The notes under the pieces were generated by a model. The model was not told where the DNA came from. It did no database searches and was given only the letters and a program-made list of their open reading frames with translations. Shown here one piece after another: positions 1 through 10,400 of a stretch of 64,000 bases of DNA. The stretch lies in contig NZ_JACBZT010000001.1 of NCBI RefSeq assembly GCF_013408985.1, positions 3,797,197 to 3,861,196 of the forward strand. Direction: 5' to 3'. Numbering within the stretch: position 1 is the stretch's first letter; every line of letters begins with the position of its first letter. The DNA is from Petropleomorpha daqingensis. Its GTDB lineage: Bacteria; Actinomycetota; Actinomycetes; Mycobacteriales; Geodermatophilaceae. Made by a program: the position numbers and the translations under genes.

Positions 1-663
1 CGTCCGCCACTGCGGGGAACCCGTGACGGAGAGCATCCCGTGGTTGTGCAGGAACCGGAACAGGTAGACCGCCGGGTACTCCAGCGACAGCCCCGCACCC
101 GCCGACCAGACGCAGGAGACGACCGGCAGCACGAAATGGCGGACGAAGTACGGGCTGAACCCGCAGATCGCCAGGAAGGTGCCGAGGGTCAGGCCGTCGA
201 TGCTGCCGCCGGGGTGCGCGTCCGCGTGCCGGAGCAGCCGCCGGGCGGCCCGGTGGAAGGCCGTCACCTCGGTGAGCATGCGCAGGTAGGTGGGGTTGCC
301 GAGGCGGCGCAGCTGCGCGAACAGGCCGGCGAAGCCCTTTGCGCCCGCGTACTCGAGGCCGCAGCCGTCGCAGCTGATGGACATGCTCATCTCGGTGGGC
401 TGGGTGGCCACGCCCAGCTCGCGGAACAGCCGGATCAGGTGGGGATAGGTCCGCTCGTTGTGCACGATGAAGCCGCTGTCGACCGCGACCGGGTGACCGT
501 CCGAGCCGGTCAGGTCGTGGGTGTGGGAGTGGCCGCCGAGCCGGTCCTCGGCCTCGAAGAGCGTGACGTCGTGGGTCCGCTGCAGCAGGTAGGCCGCCGT
601 CAGGCCGGCGATCCCGGACCCGACGACGGCGGCGGTCGGACGGTGCAGGCGCGCGGCGGTCAC
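1..663 (-). CDS. FAD/NAD(P)-binding oxidoreductase, amine-oxidase-like, partial (C-terminus lies beyond window start)
   Basis: Reverse-strand translation from GTG at 663 gives an N-terminal Rossmann dinucleotide-binding motif (VVGSGIAGLTAAYLL) and continuous GC3-rich coding to position 1. The ORF track missed it because it is truncated by the window edge. Confidence 0.7.
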   Translation of the reverse strand, partial: MTAARLHRPTAAVVGSGIAGLTAAYLLQRTHDVTLFEAEDRLGGHSHTHDLTGSDGHPVAVDSGFIVHNERTYPHLIRLFRELGVATQPTEMSMSISCDGCGLEYAGAKGFAGLFAQLRRLGNPTYLRMLTEVTAFHRAARRLLRHADAHPGGSIDGLTLGTFLAICGFSPYFVRHFVLPVVSCVWSAGAGLSLEYPAVYLFRFLHNHGMLSVTGSPQWRT

Positions 664-1013
664 CGGTTGTCGACGCGCAGGGCCAGCGCGTTCAGCGCGG
701 CGAACCCCACAGCGGCGCCGACCGCCTTGACGCGCCGGCCGGCGTCCGGAGCGTTCAGGCCGAAACCGACGGCGTCGCTGAGGTCCGAGGCGATCCGGTA
801 GACGCTGGCCGCCCGCAGCGGCGCGCCCTGCGGCGCGAACAGCAGGGCCAGGCCGGAGGCGACGTCTCGGGCGCCGAGCGTGTGGTGCCAGGCGCGCATC
901 GCCGGAGAGGGACCGACGACCCCTGTGGGCTTGCTCCAGAGGTCGGGTTTGGCCAGCTCCAGCAGCCCGAAGGCGGCAGTGGCGATCCCGAGCGATCGGG
1001 TGAGGACGGGCAT
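660..1013 (-). CDS. small hydrophobic hypothetical protein (117 aa), probably membrane-associated
   Basis: ORF with very high GC3 and hydrophobic stretches. Its stop overlaps the downstream oxidoreductase start by 4 bp (operon-like). Confidence 0.5.
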   Translation of the reverse strand: MPVLTRSLGIATAAFGLLELAKPDLWSKPTGVVGPSPAMRAWHHTLGARDVASGLALLFAPQGAPLRAASVYRIASDLSDAVGFGLNAPDAGRRVKAVGAAVGFAALNALALRVDNR

Positions 1014-1085
1014 GGGGCGGTCCCCTTTCTCGAAGTGGGTCCGCGGGAGGCGCGCGATCCGCGCCGCGGCGGTGGAGGGGCTGCG

Positions 1086-1907
1086 CTACAGCGGTACGGC
1101 GAGCCCTTCCGGAACGGGTCGTTGCAGGGCATTCGCGATATCGGCCCGGATCGGTTCGATCCCGGTGGCGCCCAGCACCACATCACGCACGAAGGAGTGC
1201 CAGCGGTCGGCTCTGCGCAGCATCGAGTGCCCACCGACGGTGGTGAACCGGGCGACCCGGGCACCGGCCTCGCGAGCGCGCAGGGCGAAGTCGGCCGACA
1301 AGTGCGCCGGCACCCAGCGGTCCCCGCGGCCGTGCAGGATCGTCACGGTTCGCCCGCGCAGGTGCGCCACTGGTTCGCGTGGCGGCGTCCACGGCGCGAG
1401 CGCGCAGACGGCGGCGACCTGCGGGTCGCCGCCGGCGCGCAGCACGGCGCGCCCGCCCATCGAATGTCCGATCAGCACGATCGGTACTTCGCCGCCGAGC
1501 TCGTCCTGGATGCGCTCGATCGCCCAGCGCACATCGACGAATGGATCAGCGGCGTCGCCGTTCCAGCCGGCCACGCGGTACCGCAGCAGCTGCGTGGTGA
1601 TGCCTCGCCGTCCGACGGCATGCCGGACGAAGCGCTCGATCGCGCGCATGCGCACCAGCGAGAGGGCCTGGTCGCGCGGCGGCGCCTCGCTGGTCGCCGT
1701 TCCACCGTGGCAGAAGAGCGCGACGCCGCGCAGACCTCCGGTGGACGGGTGGACTTCGACGGCCGGCCTGTCCACCTGCACATCTGTAGTGCACAACTCA
1801 ACCGCCTGCAAACCGGACCTCGTGCCGACCTCTGTCCACGCTCCGGTCCCCGGTGCACACTGCGCCCATGACCCCGGCACCGATGCCCGACGACTGGCAG
1901 CGCGCAC
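1086..1907 (-). CDS. alpha/beta hydrolase (GHSMGG nucleophile elbow); start codon uncertain, may be internal
   Basis: GHSMGG serine-hydrolase motif and LFCHGG oxyanion region. Lies in the same orientation as the two downstream genes. Confidence 0.65.
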   Translation of the reverse strand: MRAASRRASVPGSWAQCAPGTGAWTEVGTRSGLQAVELCTTDVQVDRPAVEVHPSTGGLRGVALFCHGGTATSEAPPRDQALSLVRMRAIERFVRHAVGRRGITTQLLRYRVAGWNGDAADPFVDVRWAIERIQDELGGEVPIVLIGHSMGGRAVLRAGGDPQVAAVCALAPWTPPREPVAHLRGRTVTILHGRGDRWVPAHLSADFALRAREAGARVARFTTVGGHSMLRRADRWHSFVRDVVLGATGIEPIRADIANALQRPVPEGLAVPL

Positions 1908-2587
1908 TCGTCATCGCAGCGCACCCCGACGACATCGAGTACGGGCTCGCGGCGGCGGTCGCCGCCTGGACCAGCGCGGGCAAGGAGGTGCACTACCTGC
2001 TGGCGACCCGCGGTGAGGCCGGCATGGCCGGGGTGAAGCCCGAGGACGCCGCGCCGATCCGCGAGGAGGAGGAGCGGCGCTCGGCTGCCGTTGTCGGCGT
2101 CAGCGAGGTGGAGTTCCTCGACGAGAAGGACGGCGTCCTGCAGGCCGGTCCGGAGCTGCGGAAGGCGATCGCCGGCGGGATCCGGCGGCACAGGCCCGAG
2201 CTGGTGGTGACCGGCTACTTCGGCGCGACGTGGAGCCCGCCCGGTCAGTCGCCGGCCTTCCTGAACTCGCCCGACCACCGGGCGCTGGGGCAGTCGGCAC
2301 TGGATGCGGTCGCCGACGCGGCGAACGAGTGGATCTTCCCGGATCTGCCCGAGGAGCGGTGGAGCGGTGTCCAGTACGTGGCGGTCTCCGAGATGCTCGA
2401 GCCGATGCACCAGGTCGACGTCACCGATCAGATCGAGAAGGCGGTCGCGTCGCTCAGCGAGCACCGGCGCTATCTCGAGCTGCTCTCGGACACCCCGGTC
2501 GAGGAACAGGCCCGGCAGATCGTCGGGATGATCGCGGCCGACGAGGACGGACGCCACGAGGTCGGTTTCAAGCTCTACTGGGGCTGA
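1853..2587 (+). CDS. PIG-L family N-acetylglucosaminyl deacetylase (LmbE-like)
   Basis: N-terminal AHPDDxE metal-binding motif (VIAAHPDDIEYG), about 240 aa, typical family length. Confidence 0.8.
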   Translation: MHTAPMTPAPMPDDWQRALVIAAHPDDIEYGLAAAVAAWTSAGKEVHYLLATRGEAGMAGVKPEDAAPIREEEERRSAAVVGVSEVEFLDEKDGVLQAGPELRKAIAGGIRRHRPELVVTGYFGATWSPPGQSPAFLNSPDHRALGQSALDAVADAANEWIFPDLPEERWSGVQYVAVSEMLEPMHQVDVTDQIEKAVASLSEHRRYLELLSDTPVEEQARQIVGMIAADEDGRHEVGFKLYWG

Positions 2588-2637
2588 CCTGCGGTTTTCC
2601 TGTCCACAGGGCTTGCCGCGGTCCCTTTTTCGAACGT

Positions 2638-4539
2638 ATGATCGAGAGCGTGAGCATCCCTGCTGACCCGCCGGCCTACGGGCCGCAGACCGCCCTCGGG
2701 CGCGGCCCGTTGGGGGCCGCGCAGGTGGCGGATCGGGCGATGGGTGCGGCGTTCGTGGCGCGGGTGCGGGCGCTGGCGGCGTTCGCCGCGGAGCGCCCGG
2801 CGTCGGCGGATCGGGCGCAGGGTGAGCCGGGGGCGATGAGCCCGCAGCGGTGGGCGGCGCGCCCGGAGCTGCTGCAGCCGGTCAGCGAGTGGGCGGCGCA
2901 GGAGGTCTCGATCGGGCTGGTCTGTTCCCGGCGCAAGGCCGAGGATCTGCTGGGCCAGGCGCTGATGCTGGCCCGGTTGCCGGCCGCGTTGGCGGCGACC
3001 GAGGCCGGGCTGCTCACTGTCGGGCATCTGTGGTGCCTGGAGGAGCACGTGGCGCCGCTGGCCGATCCGGTGCTGCGCGCGGAGATCGAGGGTGTGCTGC
3101 TGGACTGGGTCACCGCGCGGGCGGCGAGGGGCACGATCACGACCCCGGGGCAGTTGGCGGAGAAGGTGTTGCGCGAGCTGGCCCGGCGCAACGCCCGGGA
3201 TCGGGCGCAGCAGGCGATCAAGGCGCTGCGCCGCCGCGGCGTGTTCCCGGCGCACGAGTCCGGCGAGGGACTGGCCGCGCTGCTGCTGGTGGGCTCGATC
3301 CCGGAGATCGAGGCGCTGCGCGCGGCGCTGGCCGCCTACGCCGACGCGCTGCCCAAGGGGCCCGATGACACCCGCACCCGGGAGCAGAAGCTGCTGGACG
3401 TGCTGATCGATCTGGTGCTGCGACCCGGGGAGCACGGCATGCCACCGGTGCAGGTGGTGCTCACCCTGGTCGCGGCGGTGCAGACCGTCCTGGGCGGGGA
3501 TGCCCCGGCGGAGCTGAACGGGCGGATCGTGTCCGCGGAGACCGCGCGGCAGCTGCTCAACGCGCTGACCGGCGCCGGCCTCGGCGACGGCGCCCTGGCC
3601 GAGCTGCGGCGCATCGCCGACAACGACGACGCAGTCACCGAACTAGTGCCTGCCCAGCCCGTGGAGGACGACGATCCCGATCCGATGCCCGACGACGTCT
3701 GGCGCGCCTCGGTGGAAGCCCGGCTGGCCAGCGGCGAGATCGAACTCGAGCTGGATCGGGAGCTGGCCGCGACGCAGGACCGCTGGTGGCGCGAGTACGC
3801 GGCGGGCTTGCATCCCGACCCCGACCCGGACGACCACCCCGAACCCCCGCTGACCGAACCACCACCGGCAGATGGCTGGTGGACGAGCGCGGAGCGGGCG
3901 CTGGAGGACGCGCGGGCCGCGCAGGAACGGTCTGAGGCGGCGCTGAGCCACGCCGGTGGGCAGGTGCGTCAGGCGGTGTGGTCCGACGCCGACGACGAGC
4001 AGGCCTGGCGGACCGGCAGCGGCGGCCGGGTCGACGCCGCCGAGGATGCGATGACCGCGCTGCGCGCGGCCACGATCGCCGACCGGACGGCGCTGACCGA
4101 CCTCCTCGGGCGCACCGCCGGCGGCGGGCTGGCCGACCGTCCCCGCCTCGCGCTGGTCGACGCCCTCACCGGCGCCCTGGTCTCCCTCACCGACCTGCCC
4201 GCCCTCCGCCGCGCCGTCCGCGACGGTGTTCCGCTGGGCGCGCCGCCGCCGACCGACGGCTACCGGCCCGGCGCCGAGCTGGACCGGTTCCTGCGCCGCC
4301 GCGACCGGCGCTGCCGCTTCCCCGGCTGCCGGCTGCCGGTCTCCAAGGGCGAGCTCGACCACTTCGCGCGCTGGCCCGAGGGCCCGACAGACGCCATCAA
4401 CTTGGCCGGGTTCTGCACCGGCGATCACCGCGGCAAGCACCAAGCACCCGGGTTCACCCACACCATGACCGCCGACGGCACCCTCGTCGTCACCACACCG
4501 TCGGGCATCACCGTCACCACCGAACCGGCTCCGTTCTGA
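2638..4539 (+). CDS. DUF222 / HNH endonuclease signature protein (13E12-repeat-type)
   Basis: Long Ala/Leu-rich N-terminal domain typical of actinobacterial DUF222. C-terminal HNH motif (CRFPGCRLPVSKGELDHFARW ... GFCTGDHRGKH). Start placed at ATG 2638 to avoid overlap with the upstream deacetylase. Confidence 0.75.
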   Translation: MIESVSIPADPPAYGPQTALGRGPLGAAQVADRAMGAAFVARVRALAAFAAERPASADRAQGEPGAMSPQRWAARPELLQPVSEWAAQEVSIGLVCSRRKAEDLLGQALMLARLPAALAATEAGLLTVGHLWCLEEHVAPLADPVLRAEIEGVLLDWVTARAARGTITTPGQLAEKVLRELARRNARDRAQQAIKALRRRGVFPAHESGEGLAALLLVGSIPEIEALRAALAAYADALPKGPDDTRTREQKLLDVLIDLVLRPGEHGMPPVQVVLTLVAAVQTVLGGDAPAELNGRIVSAETARQLLNALTGAGLGDGALAELRRIADNDDAVTELVPAQPVEDDDPDPMPDDVWRASVEARLASGEIELELDRELAATQDRWWREYAAGLHPDPDPDDHPEPPLTEPPPADGWWTSAERALEDARAAQERSEAALSHAGGQVRQAVWSDADDEQAWRTGSGGRVDAAEDAMTALRAATIADRTALTDLLGRTAGGGLADRPRLALVDALTGALVSLTDLPALRRAVRDGVPLGAPPPTDGYRPGAELDRFLRRRDRRCRFPGCRLPVSKGELDHFARWPEGPTDAINLAGFCTGDHRGKHQAPGFTHTMTADGTLVVTTPSGITVTTEPAPF

Positions 4540-4560
4540 TCCACCACTAGACTGGTCGGC

Positions 4561-4988
4561 ACGACGGACGAGTCGGCCGGGCGGTCGCGTCGGTGGGGGA
4601 GACCCCGCCGCCGAGGAACGTCCGGGCTCCACAGGGCAGGGTGGTCGTTAACGGCGACCCGGGGTGACCCGCGGGACAGTGCCACAGAGAACAGACCGCC
4701 AGCACCGCGTCTCCGGACGCGGAGCTGGTAAGGGTGAAACGGCGGTGTAAGAGACCACCGCGCACCGGGTGACCGGTGCGGCTCGGTAAACCCCACCCGG
4801 AGCAAGGCCAAGAGGGACGGCGGTCCGCCGCCGTCCTGCGCAGGCGTTCGAGGGCTGCCCGCCCGATGCCTGCGGGTAGGCCGCTCGAGCCTGCCGGCAA
4901 CGGCAGGCCTAGATGGATGACCGCCCATCGGGAGGCCGCGAGGCGCCCGAGGACAGAACCCGGCGTACAGGCCGACTCGTCCGTCGTC
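4561..4988 (+). ncRNA. rnpB: RNase P RNA, bacterial type A
   Basis: Conserved blocks GAGGAACGTCCGGGCTCCACAGGGCAGGGTG, GGTAAGGGTGAAACGGCGGTGTAAGAGACCACC and ACAGAACCCGGCGTACAGGCCGACTCG. The P1 stem pairs 4561-4578 with 4969-4986. The region is otherwise non-coding. Confidence 0.85.
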
Positions 4989-4992
4989 CGCC

Positions 4993-6096
4993 TCAGCGGG
5001 CGCCCAGTCCCTGGATCCCGTCGTAGGCGGACATCACCAGCTCCAGCCCGCGGGTGTCGTCCCCGGGTTCGCGCATCTGGTTGGTCACGTACGCGACCAC
5101 CATCCGGGCGTCGGGATCGACCATGACCAGCGAGCCACCCCAGCCGCCCCAGCCGAAGCTGTTGCCGAACACCCCGAAGCCGAGCCCCCAGGTCACCGGC
5201 ATCCCCAGACGACGGTCCTCGCCGCGGAACTGCACCTCCCGAGCGCGCGCACACCCCGCCGGCGACAGCAGCCGCACCCCACGCACCTCGCCGCCGCAGG
5301 CCAGCACCGACTGCACGAGGGCGACCGAGCGGGCGTTGCCGAAGCCGCTCGCCGCAGGGATCTGCGCCCGCCGCCAGGCCACGCTGTTCCCGTCGCGCAC
5401 CCGGATCCCAGTGCCAGGGGCGGAGTCGCCGGCGGCCGCGCTCGCCGCGTAGTCCTCGTCCCGCGACGGCGGCGGGACGGCGAGCGCCACCCGGGAGTCG
5501 TGCTCGGCCGCCAGCCCGAGGGAGAAGTCCGCGCCCAGCGGCCCGGCCACCTCGGCGGCGAAGAACTCGCCCACCGACCGGCCCGTGATCCGGCGGATCA
5601 CCTCGCCGACGAGGAACCCCTGAGTGAGGGAGTGGTAGCCGGCCGCGCTGCCCGGTTCCCACACCGGAGCCTGCGCGGCCATCCGCGCTGTCGCGGCCGA
5701 CCAGTCGTAGAGCTCCTCGACCGGCCCCTCCCAGTCGGGCAGGCCGGCGGTGTGGGAGAGCAGGTGGCGCACCAGCACCCTCTCCTTGCCGGCGGCCCCG
5801 AACTCCGGCCAGTACCGGGAGACGGGCGCGTCGAGATCGAGCGATCCGCGGTCGGCGAGCAGCAGCGCGCACAGCGCAGTCATCGTCTTGGTCACCGAGA
5901 AGACGCCGGTGATCGAGTCCCGCTGCCACGGGATCGTGCGGTCCGCGTCGGTGAACCCGCCCCAGACGTCCACCACCGGCTCGCCGTCCACGAAGACGGC
6001 GACCGAGCCGCCGACGTCCCCGGCGTCCAGCAGCCCGGCCAGCGCGTTCGGCGCCGCGGTGAACAGGTCGTCGTACGAGCCCTGGATCTCGGCCAT
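4993..6096 (-). CDS. serine hydrolase, class C beta-lactamase / esterase family
   Basis: SxxK active-site motif (FSVTKT) near the N-terminus, length 367 aa, family-typical YxN-like downstream region. Confidence 0.8.
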   Translation of the reverse strand: MAEIQGSYDDLFTAAPNALAGLLDAGDVGGSVAVFVDGEPVVDVWGGFTDADRTIPWQRDSITGVFSVTKTMTALCALLLADRGSLDLDAPVSRYWPEFGAAGKERVLVRHLLSHTAGLPDWEGPVEELYDWSAATARMAAQAPVWEPGSAAGYHSLTQGFLVGEVIRRITGRSVGEFFAAEVAGPLGADFSLGLAAEHDSRVALAVPPPSRDEDYAASAAAGDSAPGTGIRVRDGNSVAWRRAQIPAASGFGNARSVALVQSVLACGGEVRGVRLLSPAGCARAREVQFRGEDRRLGMPVTWGLGFGVFGNSFGWGGWGGSLVMVDPDARMVVAYVTNQMREPGDDTRGLELVMSAYDGIQGLGAR

Positions 6097-6380
6097 GCGC
6101 CGTATTAGCCCGCAACCACCCGCGACGGGGCACCCTGTTTCCGCGCCCGCTCACCGCGATCTCCCAGGGGACCCTCAGGAACCCGGCCGACCGTGGGTGC
6201 GAACCACCCGGAGGTGCGCCGTGACCCTGACCTTCCTGCTCCTGGTCGTCTTCCTCGCCGTCCTGACCGTCGCCGACCTGCTGCCCGCGATTGCGGAACC
6301 GCACGGGCCGCGGCGGCGATGAACTCGGCGGGCTGCGGCAGTCTCTCTTCCTGACAGCGCGACCAGCAGGGGAGAGGGAC

Positions 6381-7175
6381 GTGGAGAAGACGACGTCGGC
6401 GGACGGCACCACCATCGCCTACGACGCCTGGGGCGACGGCCCTGCCGTGGTGATCGTCGGTGGCGCCTTCAACGACCGGAACACCTGGGCCGAGCTGGCG
6501 CAGGCGCTCGCCGACCGGGGTCTGCGCGGGGTCTCCTACGACCGCCGCGGCCGGGGCGACAGCGGCGACACCCCTCCGTACGCGCTCGAGCGGGAGTTCG
6601 AGGACCTGCGTGCCGTGGTGGACGCGGTCTCGCCGGGGGCGCCGGTCTTCGCGCACGGCGTCTCCTCCGGCGGCGCGCTGCTGCTGCGTGCCGTCGAGGC
6701 CGGCGCGCCGGTCGCCCGCGTCTCCGTGCTGGAGCCGCCCTACCGCATCGAGGGCGCACCGCCCCCGCCGGAGACCTACCTCGCCACGCTGCAGTCCTAC
6801 GTCGACCGCGACGACCGCAGCGGGCTGGTCGAGTACTTCCAGACCCAGGTGATCGGCCTGCCCGCCGAGATGGTCGCCTCGTTCAGGACGACGCCGATGT
6901 GGCCGAGCCTCGAGGCGCTGGCCCCCACGCTCGTGTACGACGGCCACGCGATGGGCGGGGACGACCAGTCCCTGCCGACCGACGTGCTCGGCCGGATCGG
7001 CATCCCGCTGCTCGGCGTCACCAGCGAGGGCACCGCCGTCCCGTGGATGTCGCGGACCGTGGAGGTGGTCGCGGACGCCGTCCCGGACGGCCGGTGGGCG
7101 CGGCTGCCGGGCGGATTCCACGAGATCCCGCCCGCGGTGCTGGCCCCGGTGCTGGCCGACTTCTACCGCGGCTGA
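6381..7175 (+). CDS. alpha/beta hydrolase
   Basis: Alpha/beta-fold signature (HGVSSGG nucleophile elbow). GTG start at 6381 is preceded by a GGAGAGGG ribosome-binding site. Confidence 0.7.
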   Translation: MEKTTSADGTTIAYDAWGDGPAVVIVGGAFNDRNTWAELAQALADRGLRGVSYDRRGRGDSGDTPPYALEREFEDLRAVVDAVSPGAPVFAHGVSSGGALLLRAVEAGAPVARVSVLEPPYRIEGAPPPPETYLATLQSYVDRDDRSGLVEYFQTQVIGLPAEMVASFRTTPMWPSLEALAPTLVYDGHAMGGDDQSLPTDVLGRIGIPLLGVTSEGTAVPWMSRTVEVVADAVPDGRWARLPGGFHEIPPAVLAPVLADFYRG

Positions 7176-7254
7176 GCCCTCGCACCCCCCTCGGGGAACG
7201 GGTGCGCATACCCACTCGACCCGGTGACAAACGGCCACCGGATGGTCACTCGTG

Positions 7255-7300
7255 CCTGATGTTATTGACAGCGAGTGACGTTCCGTGATCGGTTGCGCCC
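7255..7300 (+). promoter_or_regulatory. AT-richer leader with TTGACA -35-like hexamer upstream of the large secreted protein gene
   Basis: Locally lower-GC stretch (tgatgttattgacagcgagtgacgttccgtgatcgg) in an otherwise ~73% GC window, about 200 bp upstream of the ATG at 7485. Confidence 0.25.
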
Positions 7301-7484
7301 TTGAGCGCCCGGGACAGCGGCCTGACGTGGCCGTATCCCGGACAAGCGCGACGATGTCCTAACGCAGGGTGACCGTCACGGGGGGACCGCAATGGCACGA
7401 CGTGCTGCAGTCACGGCGACGGAACCGAACCGACGGCGCCACCCCGGCCCCGTGTCCTTGTCGCTCCGTCCTGAGGGTCGTCCC

Positions 7485-10400
7485 ATGTCTGCTGCCACCA
7501 CCGCGGCTCCGCGCCGGAGGGCTCCGCTCGCCGCGGTCATCGCCTTCGGCATGCTGGTGCTCGGGTTCGTCGTCCCCGCCACGGCCTCGGCCGACACCCG
7601 GCCCGACTCCGGCACCCCGGCGACCGTCGCCGCCGACGCCCTGCCCACCGTGCAGGTCAACGGCGTCGTCTGGTCGACGGTGACCGTCGGGAACACCGTC
7701 TACGCGACCGGCAGCTTCACGCGGGCGCGGCCGGCCGGCAGCGCCGCCGGTGTGAACGAGACCGCGCGCGCCAACATCGTCGCGTTCAACCTGACCACCG
7801 GCGTGATGACGACCTTCAACCACACGCTCAACGGCCAGGGCCGTTTCATCACGGCATCGCCCGACGGCACGCGCATCTACGTAGGTGGCGACTTCACCAC
7901 CGTGGACGGCGTCGCCCGCGGGCACATCGCCGCGTTCAACGCCTCCACCGGTGCGCTGATCACCACCTTCGCGCCGACGACGAACGGCATCGTCTACTCG
8001 CTGGCCGCCACCAACACCACGGTGTACGCCGGCGGCTCGTTCACCATCGCCGGTGGCCAGACCCGCACCCGGCTCGCCGCCTTCGCGGCCAGCAACGGCG
8101 CCCTGAGCACGACCTTCGCGCCGACCGCGAACCACAACGTCCGCGGCATCCTGCTCAACCCCGCGGGTACCCGCGTCATCGTCGCGGGTCAGTTCTCGCA
8201 GGTGAACGGCGTCTCGGCGGTCGCGATGGCGTCGGTGAACCTGACCGGCGGTGACACCCAGACCTGGCAGTACGGCATCGACGCCTCCGGCGACGCGGCC
8301 GGCGTCTACAGCCTCAAGCGCGACGGGGCGAACTTCTACGCCACGATGTACGGCTACCTCGTCGGCAACATCGAGGGCGTCGTGGCGTTCAACCCCAACG
8401 ACCTGTCGCTGGTCTGGATGAACGACTGCCACGGCGACACCTACGACACGTACTCCACCGGCACGGTCGTCTACGCCGCCAGCCACTCGCACGACTGCGA
8501 GACCTCCGGTCAGTTCCCCGACCAGAACCCGCGGGTCTGGAAGCGCGCGATCGCCATGACGGTCGCCGTCACCGGCACCCTCAAGGCCACCACCCAGCTG
8601 CCGCGCTACACCAGCTGGGAGGGTCGCCCGCACCCGTCGGTCCTCGACTGGTTCCCGACCATCCCGGCCGGCACCTACACCGGTCAGGACCAGGGCAGCT
8701 GGACGGTCACGGGCTCGGGCAACTACATCGCCTTCGGCGGTGAGTTCACCTCGGTCAACGGCACCGCGCAGCAGGGCCTGGTGCGCTTCGCCGCGACGTC
8801 GATCGCCCCGAACCGGCGCGGTCCGGAGATCAGCGCCGGCAACCTGCGGCCCAACGCCACGTCGACCACGGCCGGCGAGGTCAAGGTCGTCTGGCCGCAG
8901 GCGTGGGACATGGACAACGAGACGCTGACCTACAACCTGTACCGGGGCAGCGGCACCACGCCGATCTACACGACCACGGCCAAGACGCAGTGGTGGAACA
9001 CCAGCACGATGACCTTCACCGACACCGGACGCGCCGCCGGCTCGACGGCGTCCTACCGGGTGTCGGTCAGCGACCCGCTGAACAACACGGTGACCAGCAA
9101 CCAGGGCAACACGGTGACCGTCGCCGGCACCACCAGCGGCTACTCCAACCAGGTGCTGACCGACGGTGCCGCGCAGTACTGGCGGCTCAACGAGTCCAGC
9201 GGCAGCACGGCGTACGACTCGGCCGGGCTGACCAACATGACCGAGCGGGCCGGCGTCACCCGCGGCACCGCCGGGGCGCTGGCCGGTGACACCGCGATCA
9301 CCGTCAACGGCACCGCGACGGGCACCGCGCAGACGACCGCCACGGTCGCCACCCCGACCAACGCGTTCTCGGTCGAGGCCTGGGTCCGGACGACGTCCAC
9401 GGCCGGCGGCATCATCGCCCAGCTCGGCGACTCGGCCACGGGCGCGAACACCGTCAGCGACCGCACGCTGTACGTCGACTCCGGCGGCCAGCTCTCCTTC
9501 GGCCTCTCCCGCCGGCAGGGCCAGACGACCACCTACACCAACACGGTCCGCAGCACGGCGCCGATCAACAACGGCCAGTGGCACCACATCGTGGCCGCGG
9601 TCGGCACCGGCGGCACGACGCTGTTCGTCGACGGTGCGCAGGTGGGCGGCAGCGCCACGATGACCAGCGCGAACACCCGGCTGGCCTCGGGCTACTGGAT
9701 GATCGGCAGCGGCACGCTGACCCCGTGGCCGAACGCGCCGACCAGCTCGTCGCTGAACGGTTCGATCGACGACGTCGCGATCTACCCGTCGACGCTCACC
9801 TCGGCCCAGGTGGCCCAGCACTACTCGCTGGCCACCGGGACGACGACCAACCCGGCACCGACGGCCTCGTTCACCGCGACGCCGTCCGGGATGAGCGTCT
9901 CGGTCGACGCCAGCGCGTCGAGCGACTCGAACGGGACGATCTCGTCCTACTCGTGGAACTGGGGCGACAGCACCGCGGCCGGCACGGGCGTGACCGCCAA
10001 CCACACCTACGCGACGGCGGGCAGCTACACGGTCACGCTGACGGTCACCGACAACGGCGGGGCCACGGCCTCGACCAGCCGCACGGTCAACGCCGCGCCG
10101 CCGAACAACGCCCCCGTGGCGGCGTTCACCTCGACCGTCACCGACATGAGCGTCGCGGTCGACGGCTCGGGCTCCACCGACTCCGACGGGACGATCGCGA
10201 CCTACACGTGGCAGTGGGGTGACAACACGCCCAACGGCACCGGCCAGACGGCGAACCACACCTACACGGCGGGCGGGACCTTCAACGTCCGGCTGACCGT
10301 GACCGACAACCTGGGCGGCACCAACACGGTGACGCACCCGGTGACGATCGTGGCCCCGCAGTCGCCGGCCTTCGCCCAGGACGCCTTCAGCCGCACCGTG

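Noticed and set aside
40-801. 253-aa plus-strand ORF at window start
   Set aside because: Antisense to a clear Rossmann-fold oxidoreductase encoded on the minus strand (1..663). Arg/Gln-rich junk translation.
2230-2637. Upstream extension of the DUF222/HNH ORF (start at 2230)
   Set aside because: Overlaps the 3-prime half of the PIG-L deacetylase gene in another frame. Translation is Arg/Gly/Pro-rich and unlike the rest of the protein. ATG at 2638 is the plausible start.
4547-6415. 622-aa minus-strand ORF and overlapping 4425..4928 ORF
   Set aside because: They overlap the RNase P RNA gene and the well-supported serine-hydrolase gene (4993..6096) in another frame. Low-complexity Arg/Gly-rich translation.
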